Part shown: positions 25,612 through 42,699 of the stretch, piece by piece | Position numbering within the stretch: position 1 is the stretch's first letter | Layout of the letters: each line of letters opens with the position of its first letter | NCBI GenBank assembly: GCA_951406725.2 | Contig: OX597817.1 | Coordinates: forward strand, 104,160,001-104,224,000 | Source: Octopus vulgaris | Lineage: Eukaryota | Direction of reading: 5' to 3' | Length of the DNA stretch: 64,000 nt | The notes under the pieces: model-generated | Databases searched by the model: none | What the model was told of the DNA's origin: nothing | The model's input: the letters and a program-made list of their open reading frames with translations, nothing else | Translations under genes and position numbers: made by a program

Positions 25612-25657
25612 TCACTAGACTAGTTTCACCTATCAGTCATAGGCTCGTCAGTAGTGA
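25612..25657 (-). ncRNA. Minimal type I hammerhead ribozyme, intact
   Basis: TCACTA-CTGACGA-GCCTAT-GACTG-ATAGGT-GAAAC-TA-GTC-TAGTGA: perfect 6-bp stem I, canonical CUGANGA and GAAA cores, 6-bp stem II (one G-U), palindromic stem III ACTAGT, GUC cleavage triplet. Confidence 0.85.
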
Positions 25658-25744
25658 CTGCTAAAACACTTGAGTGTTCTACTGGTTTTATGTTCAAAGT
25701 ACCCAGATCCACCTCTCACACCTGCCCTACAATGTTATTCTAAA

Positions 25745-25900
25745 ATGGCATGGCTGTATGGCAAGAAGCTTGCTTCTCAACCACATGGTTCTGGGTTCAG
25801 TCCCACAGTGTGGTACCTTGGGCAAGTGTCTTCTACTATAGCATTAGGCTGACCAAAGCCTTGTGAGTGGATTTGGTAGATGGAAACTGAAAGAAGCCCA
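25745..25900 (+). mobile_element. SINE 5' half (tRNA head and core)
   Basis: tggctgtatggcaag..ggttctgggttcagtccc..cttgggcaagtgtcttctactatagc; similar heads at 17466-17630, 37280-37445 and 54065-54205. Confidence 0.7.
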
Positions 25901-27462
25901 TAGCTAACTGCATTACAAAGACTAGCTTCCTCTTTAACATCAGGAAGTCAGTTATTAACCTCTACAATTCTCAAGTAATAGTTATATTAATATACAACTT
26001 ACATCTATGAGATGGCTCAGCTGCTACACCAATTAACACCCAAGACCTAATTCAAAAGAAAGCCTTTGGTCTGACTAGTATAAACAGTCACCAACAATCT
26101 TAAAACAATATAGTTCAGACAGTTACTTTTGTCTATCTATTATATCACTTCTACAATGGTTTCTGGTTCTCTGAACTAACTAAATGCATATTCTCTCCAT
26201 CCAAACCAATGATTTCATTTTCTTTCTTTTTTCTGTTGCATTTGCTTTGTCTCACCTCCAAGAGTCCACCTTAAATACTTTCCCAATCCATTCTTTGCAG
26301 AATACATCCTTCTGAAATCCCCTCCCTGCCTAACATTTTTCTCATTACCCACACCTATCTGGAGTTGTTCAACAACATTGATTTCATCTCAAAGGTCATG
26401 AGCACTTGTATTCTGATTATCTTATAATATATATGTACATTGTAAATAGGAGTGGCCCAAATATTGAGACATAAAAGACACAAAAGCTATACTAATTTCT
26501 AGACATCTGAAGTTACTCAGCTCCAGATATTACAATGTAACTGTTAAATAACTTTTAAATCAACTTATTTTTCTAAGTCTCCTCTCATATAACATATTAT
26601 TATTTTAATGTCAGTGTTTTGTAGTCTATGGTTTCAAAAGCACTTTTAAGCTTAGAAATATTTTGGTAGTAATTTGGAAATTAGGAAGGGAGTCTCTGGC
26701 ATTAACTAATTTTATTGAAGAGTTAGAGAATATGGTACATAATTGAGTGACCTTTTGCTGAAGTTATACTTGTGATGGTATAAGATAGCATACTTAATTG
26801 GAAATTAAATATGCTAGGACTTTTGAAATAAAAAGAAGACATAAAAATATAGGATGGAAGAATTCTGACTGAATGTAAGTCATAGAAAATCCTCTCCCTG
26901 CTATGTTTGAATATACATAGGTCAATAGTTGGGTGATGACTAAAGTGTTTTAAATCACTATCAACGAAAATCAATTGAAAGCCAACATGACCAAAAGTTT
27001 TGGAACAAATATTGCTTACTATATAAAAAAAATGTCATTTCAGCAAATGATGAACTACAAAAGATTCAAAGCAATATTAAATAGTTAAATAAATGAGATG
27101 TATTTTCCATTATTAAAACATTCTAACATTAAGAGTGCAAAAACCTAAATATTTGTTAATGTCCTAATTTTAGAAAACACAACGCCTTAAAAAATAACAC
27201 AAAATGTGGCTAGTAAACTAGCTGTCAGATCACTGAATGTATATAGCACTTCCAAAATGGAGTAATTTCTCAACTATTTTTCTTCTACATCTACAAAACC
27301 TTCGAACATCTCCTCAAAACATAAAGACAAGCACTATTCCCTGGAAACTTGTGCACAACTATCCTAACCTTACATCAATCACCTACAAACCTGACGCTCC
27401 AAACAACATAAACACACACATATATACATATACATAACTATATACCTATATATATATATATA

Positions 27463-28613
27463 TTGGGTCATCCCATAAAATAATCTGATTTTTTTCAATT
27501 GCATGAATTAAAAGTCAGAGGGGGATGGGATTAAACTACCTGCATCAACTTGCTATAAAAGCAGGTAGTAATTTTTCCTTTGCCCTTATTCTTAGTGCAA
27601 GTTTTTGAAGAGTGCAGTTCGATTTTAACAGCTATGATGGAAGTGACAAAGGAGTATATTCGGCATGTTTTGCTTTATGAGTTCAATAAAGACAACAATG
27701 CAAGGAAAAGTGCGAGGAATATTAATGCAGTATATGGGGATCAGATAATAGGCACAAGCCAGTGTCTACAGTGGTTTCAGAAATTCCAAGCTGGAAACTA
27801 CAACCTAGAAGATGAGCCTCATCCTGGAAAATCTATAGAGCTTGATGAGGAGATCCTGCAAACCCTGGTGGAACAAAATTCCATTGTAACTGCTGAGAAA
27901 CTAGCAGGGAAGCTTGGATTTGGTTATTCAACCATTCATTGATACCTGTGTGCCATTGAAAAAGTCAGGAAATTGGGTCAATGGGTTCCTCATAAACTTT
28001 CCGAGTCAACTCATGTGCAGAGAGTGAATGTGTGCTCTTTTTTGCTGTCATGTCACACGAATGAACGTTTTTGGACCAAATAGTGACTGGTGATGAGAAA
28101 TGGGTTCTCTATAAAAATGTTGAGTGCTGAAGACAGTGGGTAGGGAAAGGAGAATTACTAGTACCCCAGGCTAAAGAAAGCCTTCACCCATGTAAGGTGT
28201 TGTTATTTATTTGGTGGAATACCAAAGGTTTAGACCACTTTGAACTTTTAAACCAAACCAAATGATAACAAAGGAGATCTACTGCGAGGATGACATTTCA
28301 AAGGCTGGAGCAGTTTGGATGGGAAATGATGCCCCATCCACCATATTTACTGGACATAGCCCCATCTGATAATCATTTATTCTGCCGTCTTCAAAATCAT
28401 CTGTAGACAAGGTCAGAACAGTACAGGAAGAGTATTTTTTGTCACAGACAAGTGAAGTTTGGAAAAGAGGCCTTGCAAGTCTGCCAGAAAGATGGAAGAG
28501 CATTGTAGAAAATGAAGGAGAGTATATTTTAGATTAAAAAAGAACTTTGTTTATCTTAATTTTGAAAAATAAAAGAAGTATAAAAAAACTGCATTATTTA
28601 TAGGATGACCCAA
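27463..28613 (+). mobile_element. mariner DNA transposon, defective, with both TIRs
   Basis: TIRs TTGGGTCATCCCATAAA / TTTATAGGATGACCCAA flanked by TA. Transposase remnants IRHVLLYEF, WVPHKL, TGDEKW and HPPY..DIAPSDNHLF, with stops, frameshifts and an internal deletion. Confidence 0.95.
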
Positions 28614-29116
28614 TATATATATACATACACACACACATCATCATCATCATCATTGTTTAACGTCCTCCTTTGATGATGATAATGATGATATGTGTGTGAG
28701 CGTGTGTGTGTGCGTGTGTGCGTCTGTATACATATATACATATATATTTATATATTAGCTTATATATAGGTAATAATTTTATATTCAGGTATATATCTTG
28801 TAGTATGCTGTTTATAGCCTGTTTACAGCATTTGGCTACCTGATGTCAATAACAGTCTAGATGTATCTATCTATCTATCTGCTGTCTGTCTGTCTGTCTA
28901 TCTATCTGTATGAACGGTAGAAAAATCAGCTCCAAGTTAGTTGGCTCTTTTGTATGGAAAAACGTTTTATTTATGAAATATTTTTTGTGAAAGAGATGTC
29001 TAAAACCATCTCCTTCAACCCTAATATAGCTTGTAATAGGAAATAACTCCAGTGGGAGTATATTTTCCACACTTTATTTTTAAATTTTCGGTTTCCATGC
29101 CATATTTCTAGAGAAA

Positions 29117-33109
<3,993 letters not shown>

Positions 33110-33191
33110 ATGTATGTCTGTCTGTATGTATGTATGTATGTATGTATGTGTATGTATGTATGTATGTGTGTATGTGTGTGTGTGTGTGTGT

Positions 33192-33440
33192 GGAGGCGCG
33201 TGGCTTAGTGGTTAGGGCGTCAGCATCATGATCGTAAGATTGTGGTTTCGATTCTTGGACTGGGCGACGCGTTGTGTTCTTGAGCAAAACATTTCATTTC
33301 ACGCTGCTCCAGTCCACTCAGCTGGCAAAAATGAGTAACGCTGCGATGGACTGGCGTCCCGTCCAGCTGGGGAACACATACGCCATTGAAACCGGGAAAC
33401 TGGGCCCATGAGGGAAACTAGGCTTTAAAAGGGCGCATTT
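33192..33440 (+). mobile_element. tRNA-derived SINE (third family)
   Basis: A box TGGCTTAGTGG and B box GTTTCGATTC, followed by a non-tRNA body (ttgagcaaaac..ccactcagctg..gcgatggactggcgtcccgtccag). Confidence 0.8.
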
Positions 33441-33450
33441 ATTTATTTTA

Positions 33451-33528
<78 letters not shown>

Positions 33529-33717
33529 AATTAGAAAAAAACACCATATTCAAAATGAAAAATTAAATTACACCATCTGGAAAATTATATATAATAGAAA
33601 TATTAAATATAAGATAAAAAAATATACCGATGATTTAGTAATGTGCAAAATAATAAATAAAACGTATATATTTGGTAGAATATATATGTTTTATATATAT
33701 ATATATATATATATAAA

Positions 33718-34120
33718 TCTTATTATAAAAGGCAGATTTTATCTGCCTCCCTTTGGGAGTTATACAAATCTACAATATAGGATTTCTTCAATTACAATTT
33801 ACCTACCATTTTTAAGAGTACAATGCATCGCGTCATGCCAGGTCCAGTTTTTAAAATTTAAACTCCAATTAAGCAAAATTTACAGAAAACACATTCTGGT
33901 GTGTGTGTCAAATGCTTTTCTTAGTCTGGTTTACACCACACGCAAACGCACACACACAGTGGGCAACGAATAAAGTGAAACTAGATGTAATATTTGTTTC
34001 TCTCTATCACGCTGATAGATACATGAGTAAAATGTATGGGAAGCTAACACATAAGTGTGAGTGAAAATGTTCTTGGAAGAGAGTAAATAGCCAGGGATAG
34101 TGATTTGAGGAAGACTTTAC
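33718..34120 (+). mobile_element. Helitron-like element family B, 5' part
   Basis: A|TCTTATTATAAAAGGCAG 5' end; ~240 bp shared with 35695-35940. Confidence 0.55.
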
Positions 34121-34301
34121 ATTAAATAACCGTACTGGCTTGTGTTAGTAATAAAGTAAACATACACTCATACATACATACATACATACATACATACATA
34201 CATACATACATACATACATACATACATACACACACACATACATACATACACACACATACATACACACATACATACATACATACATATACATACATACATA
34301 T

Positions 34302-34332
<31 letters not shown>

Positions 34333-34605
34333 TACACACACACACAGTATTGAAGCTTGAGAATAATCAGATACATTTGCAACACATCTGTTGAAAATAT
34401 TATTGTTCACACACATACATATACATATATACATACATACAGACAGACAGATAGACACACACACACACACACACACACAGGATCCAGTATGGCCACAACC
34501 TCAAGGCTGAAACATATAAAAGAATAACAGAATATAAATGTGTGCATGTGTGTGAGAGAGAGAGTGTGTGTGTATATGTATGTATGTATGTATGTATATA
34601 TATAT

Positions 34606-35039
34606 AATAATGCGGTTTTTTCAACAGCTTGAACTAAAAGTCAGAGGGGAATGGGATAAACTACTTATATTAACTTGCTATAAAAGCAGGTAGTAATTTT
34701 ATCTTGTCCTTATTCATAGTGCAAGTTTTGAAGAGTGCATTTCGATTTTAACAGCTATTTTTTTCAAAGCTATATTAGAACAGCCTAGAAGACGAGCCTC
34801 ATCCTGAAAGATCTGTAGAACTCGACAAGGACATCCTGAAAACCCTGGTGGAACAAAATCTCATCGTAACTGTTGAGGAACTAGCAGAGAAGCTTGGATT
34901 TGGTCATTCAACCATTCATTGAGACCTGTGTGCTATCGGAAAAGTCAGCAAATTGGGTCAATGGGTTCCTCACGAACTTTCCGAGTCTAATTGCATGCAG
35001 AGAGTGAATGTATGCTTTTCTTTGCTGTCACATCTCACC
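34606..35039 (+). mobile_element. mariner fragment (same family as 27463-28613)
   Basis: Collinear with 27480-28060 apart from an internal deletion; WVPHEL motif. Confidence 0.9.
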
Positions 35040-35057
35040 ACTACTGCGCTATGTATA

Positions 35058-35694
35058 TCTATATATATAAAACTGTAGTTGTGTGAGTGTCTGTCCCCTT
35101 CGATTTAGATTCCTAACTACTCCCACATTTTGCGGTGCAGTTTAACCAAATTCGGGTAGCTTATAGTCGTGATTCATATCGAGCCCGTCTGAGTATTAGC
35201 GCGCGTCTACGATGAGTCTACGATTTTAAAAATAATTTAACATAATTTTTTATTCCATTTTAATGCATAATTTTTCGTGTGTCGATGGCGGCGGAGTTGG
35301 CGTCCACGCTCACACCTGCACCTGTGGGGAAGGGAGTGCAAGGAAATCAACGTCGTAATGCGTTGTCAAGGAGACCAGCGTTCTTATAGAACAACGACTT
35401 CATGGCTTGAAGACACCAAAACAGAAATGGCTAAGAAAGCGTCTACATGAGTCTACGATTTAAAAAAAAATTTACCATCGTTTTTTTTCCATTTTAATGC
35501 ATTTTTTCGCTATTATATAAGGGAAGTAACTCTCTAAAAATGTCTACGATGAGTCAACGATTTTTCAAAAAATTTACCATCATATTTTTTCCATTTTTAA
35601 TGCATTTTTTGCTATTTTTTGACTATAACTCTCTAAAAATGCTTATATAGTTATTTCCCTTACAAACCCGAGCAACGCTGGGCGATACTGCTAG
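35058..35694 (+). mobile_element. Non-autonomous Helitron family A
   Basis: A|TCTATATATATAAAA 5' end, subterminal hairpin CCCGAGCAACGCTGGG, CTAG|T 3' end, no TSD, internal ~120-bp repeats. Confidence 0.85.
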
Positions 35695-36674
35695 TCTTAT
35701 TATAAAAGGCAGATTTTATCTGCCTCCCTTTGTATCTTATAGAAATCTACAATATAGGATTTCTTCAATTACAATTTACCTAGCATTTTTAAGAGTAGAA
35801 TGCATCGGGTCGTGCCAGGTCCACTTTTTAAAATTTCAACCCCAATTAAGCAAAATTTAGAGAAAACTCACATTGTGGTGTATATGTCAAATGTTTTTCT
35901 TAGTGTGGCTTACACCACACGCAAACGCACACACACACACAAACGGAGCGAACTGTTTCACTGACGCTATCACCCTTCTCCTCCTTTGTCTTTGCAAGTT
36001 GGCAGCTATTAAAGTGAAAACAGTGAATCCGACAGCGATTAAGAAAATGAATTGGTACCTGAATGGAGTGAAAATTTAAAAACTGTTTCTTTCGGTGATT
36101 TTTCTGAAGAAACTGCACCAAGCCACAGACTTTCCCAGAAGAGTAAAGCCTTAAACTATTTCTATTTACTTTTTCGAATGAGCCCATTTGAAATCATTAC
36201 GGCAGAAACGAACTGTTACGCTAAACGTAAACAAAGCGAAAGAAACGATAGTTTGTTATTTCCCACAACCTTAAATGAAATTAAGGCCTATTTTGCCATA
36301 AATATTATTATGGGCATCAGAAAGTTACCCAGAATAACAAATTCTATCGTAAAATTTTGTTGTATACCCAATTGAATATTAGCTAATAACCCATTTTCTA
36401 TAGCGATGTTTGAACAAAATTTTAATAATTTTATATATTGTTGAATTTACCTGTATCTACCTGCAATTAGAGTCACTTTGTGACAAAAATTATAGTATAG
36501 AATTGGTTGAGGAGATTTCATTAAATTATCTTCCAAAAATCACATTAATTGATAAATAAAAAAGTTATAGTTGTTTAATGAAACCAGACTAAATTTATGA
36601 TTACGTTAGAAATTAATTGAAACACATAATTGAAACACATATTTTGGTCAGAAATATAGTAACGAAAGGGTTAA
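35695..36674 (+). mobile_element. Helitron family B 5' end joined to a piggyBac transposase fragment and piggyBac right end
   Basis: 36052-36375 encodes LNYFYLLF..IITAETNCYA..TTLNEIKAYFAINIIMGIRKLP (PGBD-type). A terminus ...AACGAAAGGG|TTAA lies at 36661-36674. Confidence 0.7.
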
Positions 36675-36782
36675 GAAAAACCAAAAAATATTTTATTCTT
36701 TATAAATGTTGTATTCAAAATAACATTTTCTTTTAAGAATGTGTATATAACAAAGTATGTGTATATAACTACGTGACTTATA

Positions 36783-37178
36783 TCTTTATATATAAGAGTG
36801 AAGTTGTGTGTCTGTCTCCTACGATTTAGATTCCTAACTACTCCCACATTTTGCGGTGCAGTGTAACCAAAACCGGGTATCTTATAGTCGTGAGTCATAT
36901 CGAGCCCGTCTGGGTATTAGCGCGCGTCTACGATGAGTCTACGATTTAAAAAAATTTACCATCATATTTTTCCATTTTAATGCATTTTTTTCGCTATTAT
37001 ATAAGGGAAGTAACTCTCTAAAAATATCTACGATGTGTCAACGATTTAAAAAGAAATTTACCTTAATTTTTTTTCCATTTTTAATGCATTTTTTTCCTAT
37101 TTTTTGGCTATAACTCTCTAAAAATGCTTATATAGTTATTTCCCTTACAAACCCGAGCAACGCCGGGCGATACTGCTA

Positions 37179-37179
<1 letters not shown>
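36783..37179 (+). mobile_element. Non-autonomous Helitron family A, second copy
   Basis: A|TCTTTATATATAA 5' end and CCCGAGCAACGCCGGGC..CTAG|T 3' end; homologous to 35058-35694 but shorter. Confidence 0.85.
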
Positions 37180-37224
<45 letters not shown>

Positions 37225-37470
37225 TATATATTATTATATATATTATCATATATTATTATATATATTATTATATATATGGGGCAAATGTAGGTGCGTAGTT
37301 AAGCAGTTTACTTCCAAACCATATAGTCTAGGGTTCAGTCCCATTCACTAAGTGGCACCTTGGACAAGTATCTTCTACTATGGCCCTGGGTTGACCAAAG
37401 CTTTGTGAGTGTATTTGGTAGAGGTAAATTTTAACGAGCCAGTCATATACATACACACACACACACACAC

Positions 37471-37515
<45 letters not shown>

Positions 37516-37531
37516 CATATATATATATATA

Positions 37532-38271
37532 CGAGCAAAACGCCGCGCCTCTCGTCCAATGGACGGTGCTGAGTTGTCAAACATTTAAACCAAATTTTCT
37601 CAAAACAACTTGTCCAACCGTCACATAGGCCTCCCCTTTGAGAAACACTGATTTAACCTAAATTTGAGACACCAGCAAAAGAAATAAATAAAGACTTTTT
37701 TCTATTCCAAAGAAAAACAATTTTATTCACACAAATATGCAACCGAAGAGTTTAAAGTACCAGTAATGATAAGGCTGTTGACTGAGAGAACACAAACATG
37801 GTTTAAAATTCTTTTCATTAACATGCCTTTATTTCAATAAAATTTTTGGTTTTGTTAAACGAAGTTAAGGCAAAAAAAAAAAAAACTTCTTGAGAAACCA
37901 AATAGTCTTTCCTTTGTTCATGCCAAGTTTGAAGAAAATATTTCTTTTGCATCTTACTTTTTTGGTCTCTTAAATATACTGCATTTTGCGGCATTATTTC
38001 AAACCAGCCGGCTTTTTTTGCGCAAACTGCACGTGCATTTTTCTCGCGTAAGTGTAGTATCGATCGCAACAGCTGATGTACTTGTGCGTACAAATGCACG
38101 TTCCCACGGCTTTATCGATCGCATTCTCACCTGGAATCGATTTTTGTAATTTTTTCAAGACTTATAAACGCCCTGATACCGTCGGTATCTACATATCAAA
38201 TTTGAGCGCAATCGAATGGAGGATGCCCGAGATCCTAGAAGACACACACACAGAACGGATTTTATATAAGA
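37532..38271 (-). mobile_element. Non-autonomous Helitron-like element (family C)
   Basis: Minus strand A|TCTTATATAAAA 5' end, subterminal hairpin CGTCC-ATT-GGACG and a variant CTCG|T end, inside (TA)n. Confidence 0.55.
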
Positions 38272-38572
38272 TATATATAGATAGATAAATATGTATTATG
38301 TAAATACATATGTATGTGTATGTGTCTTTGTGCTTATATTTGTCATCCACCATTACTTGACAACTAGTGTGGGTTTGTTTACATCCCTGTAACTTAGCAG
38401 TTTGGCAAAACATACCAATAGAATAGGTAGCAGGCTCAAAACAAAAAGGTTATGTGGTGAATTTGTTTTGGTGATACCTTCAAGGTGGTGCCCCAGCCTC
38501 ACATGGATGCATTACAATGAAACAATTGAATGACAATAGAGAAAAGATGTGTGTGTGTGTGTGTGTGTGTGA

Positions 38573-38625
38573 GACGCTATTTTGAAAATTACCCGTCGTT
38601 GTCGGGTAATTTTCACAATAGCGTC
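38573..38625. repeat. Palindrome, 23-bp arms (22/23 match), 7-nt loop
   Basis: gacgctattttgaaaattacccg / cgggtaattttcacaatagcgtc. Confidence 0.85.
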
Positions 38626-38845
38626 GCTGGAACGGTGAAGCGCACAGTTCTAAGCAAGGATTTTTGTATTTTTTTCATAAACTAGGGGATGGCTACTGAC
38701 ATTAAGCTTAAGGATTATATAGTGTACAAGTATAAAGAAAGAATCAAAGAAAAAGAGACTCATTAAAGTTTTATTAAAAATCAACTTCAAACCCACACAC
38801 AGTTTATGAAGGATGGACAAAATAAGAAGGTAGAAGGGTCTGAAT

Positions 38846-38909
38846 GAGTGTGGATGAACGAGTGTGGATGAACGAGTGTGGATGAACGAGTGTGGATGAA
38901 CGAGTGTGG
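38846..38909. repeat. 14-bp minisatellite (GAGTGTGGATGAAC) x4.5
   Basis: Perfect tandem copies are visible. Confidence 0.9.
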
Positions 38910-39425
38910 GCACCGGAAAAGCTGATTTGGAAAACTGGAATTCAGGTAAGAAAAGAACCTAAATTTGAAGTATATTTCTGTTTCGTAGGGACATCACCAT
39001 ATATTCTGCTAAAAAAAAAAATCTCCTCAGTACAGGTTAGGTCGACCTAACCGCCAACGAGCTCAAACTCCGCCTTAACCAACATACTTACACACTTAAA
39101 AACAGCGAACAGTGGACCGCAAGACTGGTTACACGCACCTAGCACCTAAAAGAAACATCTTAGAAAGAGCAATATCTAACACCCTAAACTCTAAATTCTG
39201 CACTCTTTGCATCACAACAAGAACAACATTCTTAAAATGAAGATAGAGTTAATGTGATTTTGGAGACACGGACAAAACCTCCCTCTCGTATTATGCAGGC
39301 TTAAGATGTGTATCAGTTTAAATTGCTCACATAACATTTCACTCCTAACCAAACACACTTCCTACAGTACTCAGTCTATCCCCCTGATATTCCCCATTTA
39401 ATGTGTGTATGTATGTGTTTGTATT

Positions 39426-39457
<32 letters not shown>

Positions 39458-40153
39458 CATGCATGTGTGTGTGTTGTGTGTGTGTGTGTGTGTGTCCAAC
39501 ACATACCTGTGATGATGCAATTATACGTGCATGTCTGTGTACATCTTGAATTCCTATACATAAGGATGCCTGTCTCTCCGCACATGTATCAACAACTACT
39601 TAATTACACAGATACGCCCTTTAAAATCTATGCACACGGCTAATTGCAACTGTTCCGCAACTCATATTTGTACTTGCTTATGTTTCCTGCACACAATGCT
39701 CTGACGAACCACGTTATGTATATACACTTATGTACTCATATGTGTTTGTATATGTTTGCATACCTTTGTGTACATGTGTGTGTTTACGCGTTTCCATATA
39801 TTGATGCACATGAATATGTTTTGTTGTTTTTGAATCCGCGCCCGATTATTTGCCCTTACGCATATATAGATAAAGAGACACACACTTTTTTTGTACCAGG
39901 TTCGAAATTAACACATTAGAAGCATTCACATCGTGATTTCCGTCAAGTAATACTTGGATTACCTGCGAATTCTACCAACATTTTAAAGCCGGGTTGAAGG
40001 ATGGGAGCATAACAAAAGAGAAGGAGAAATATTGAATGGGTGTAGCGATAAGCATACGTATATATGAGGGATGGCTATTGGAATAGGTTTGTTGATATGC
40101 TTATATGAATGTGCATCTACATAGATTTAAGCATATCCACAGACATACATTAA

Positions 40154-40196
<43 letters not shown>

Positions 40197-40382
40197 TCGA
40201 AAAATACCTTAGGAATGAGAACCCAGGTTCGAAATTTCCCCAAGAAACCCGAAGAAGGCTGGAAGATATATCAGCTGAAACGTTGTGTTAACAACAAACA
40301 AGATGAGAACAAATATCCGTTGAATGTAAATAATGTAAATAATGTACATAATTCCGCATCTCTTAAATATAGGACTGAATAA

Positions 40383-41200
40383 CCTGTATGCCAACCCAGC
40401 GAAGATGCAAGTCAGCTTGTTCCACCTCAGGAGTCACAAAACCAACAGATTTTTAAACATCGAATGGTCTGGAACACCACTGGGACATTATACTCACTCT
40501 GTTTAACTTTGAACCGCACTCTCTCCTTTAAGGTGCACTCAAAATTTAATTGAAAGATGGTTCTCGAAACAACGTCATAGGGAAAACGGTCAGCTTCAAA
40601 CGCGAAGCCATAGCACACACATTGAAATCTATTGCTCTGACTTTGTGCTACTCTTCTGTGTAGTATGCATGTCCTTTCTGAGAAAAAGATCAACCGCTGC
40701 CAAGGAACTTGACTCAGCATTGAACGACACCTGCCACCTTATCACTGGATGCGTGAAACCCACCAACACAAGCAACTTGCACCTCCTCACTGGTATTATT
40801 CCTGCCGATATCAGAGAAAAATGATCGGTCAAGTCGAGATGACAAGAGCTACTAGTGATGAATGCCACCTCATCTTTGGACGTCAACCCCCGGCCTAACC
40901 GCTAAAGTCAAGAAGCTTCCTCAGCCATGTCCAATTTGAAACGACATCTCGAGAAGAAACCAGACTCCAGCTCTGGATGAAAAGCTTGACTCTCCTCTAG
41001 TTAACATGGGTACCTCATCCCTCCAGGTTCAGAACTACCAATAGAAAACACTCAACCACCGAACGATCAAAAAGTTGCATTGGTCGACCGACTCAATTAC
41101 CTTTGGATATGGAGAAGCAGACCATGCTATGGAGCTCTGCCATGTCTGCTCTCTACTACCCAACCATTGCAGCTCAAATCGCCTTTTGGAGTTCAATAAA
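40383..41200 (+). mobile_element. Degraded Ingi/Vingi-like (I-group) LINE fragment
   Basis: RTLSFKVH..TLKSIALTLCYSSV*YACP..AKELDSALNDTCHLITGCVKPTNTSNLHLLTGIIPADIR, a post-RT motif, with stops. Confidence 0.65.
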
Positions 41201-41706
41201 AATGCAAAGGACTGTGGAAACAAGTGGAAAACTTTCTAAGAATCGAAAGAAAGAAATCATATTTCCATACCATCCCTACTCTTTCACGCATCCAACTGCC
41301 TCATATGGCTCATATGGCTTATCCATTATTAATCATGAAATCTGAACTCTAATTTTGCTTCTAAACCAAGCTACCAATAACTGACTTCGCTAACGAGTAA
41401 AGAATAAAATAATATTACAATTTTATTTTTAATTATCCCTGTAAGTTTCTTTATCACTAAAAATAGCCACCCGAAAGCATCCCAACGCATCCTATACACA
41501 GACTCATTCAAACGCATACACACACTCACATTCGCTCCCTCCAAACTTCGCCTATTGTCCATTCCATACAGACTTTGAGTTGTAAACTGTAGTTTGAAAT
41601 TCTATAACTTACTGCTATCAATTAACGTCGCTACCAAAGATAAATATACTTTAGTTTGTATTATTCCTTAAATTCCTTTTCCCCAAATTAGCATTCCCGA
41701 CGCTCA

Positions 41707-41759
<53 letters not shown>

Positions 41760-42579
41760 AACGCACACACATATTCACCAAAGCATTCAACCGTTCCTGC
41801 AATTGTCTTTTGTCCATCCCCCATGAACTTTAGAATTTGAACTCAACAACAATGAAACACATTTCAAATTTAGATTTAATTAAACTACCTACCTATTTTA
41901 TTCATACATACACACGCATGACATACACAAACGCACATACATATAAACATGATATATATATGCACAATAACATACTTCATATCACATAACATTGTTTATA
42001 ACACAATTCACATAAAATCAACAAAAAAAAATGACAGACAAAACAGAACTAAAACCAACCAGAATTCGCCACTATTAGAAAACTTCTTCCAAACCCATCA
42101 ACACTAACCATTAAGCAACATCTCAATTTTCTTAATGTTACATCATTTCGAAGATTCTCAATCCTGGCTGAAAACGCTGGTCACTGCACGATTCTAACAA
42201 TAAATTCTTACTCTACAATTAATATTTATTGAGTGCTATCTGTCTTAGAGAGACGTAGTAATAATCCACTGTTATATGTATATATGTATGTGTGTGTGCG
42301 TGTGCGCGCGCGCGTGTGCGTGTATGTGTGCATTAATCATAGTAGAAAGTACAGCCGATCTTACCGATCTTACCGATCACTTTCGCACTCGATATTAAAA
42401 CAGTAAGTTAGATTATTGCACGGTTCTTCAGAAATAGTAACCTGCCATCTCTGAAAAGCCGTAATATCGGGTGTAATGGATCTATAATAAAGTAAACTTC
42501 GATTAATTCTCAATGGAGAATTAAACTGATGCATATTTTTCTGACTTATGGATTCTTAGAGAACTATATCTATATCTGC

Positions 42580-42660
<81 letters not shown>

Positions 42661-42699
42661 CTTATCTATCTAAGTCTACAGTATTATAGATCCATTTCA

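Noticed and set aside
33192-33265. Possible tRNA gene
   Set aside because: A and B boxes are present but no acceptor stem closes, and it continues into a SINE body.
38846-38909. CRISPR-like repeat
   Set aside because: Contiguous tandem units without spacers, in a eukaryotic context.
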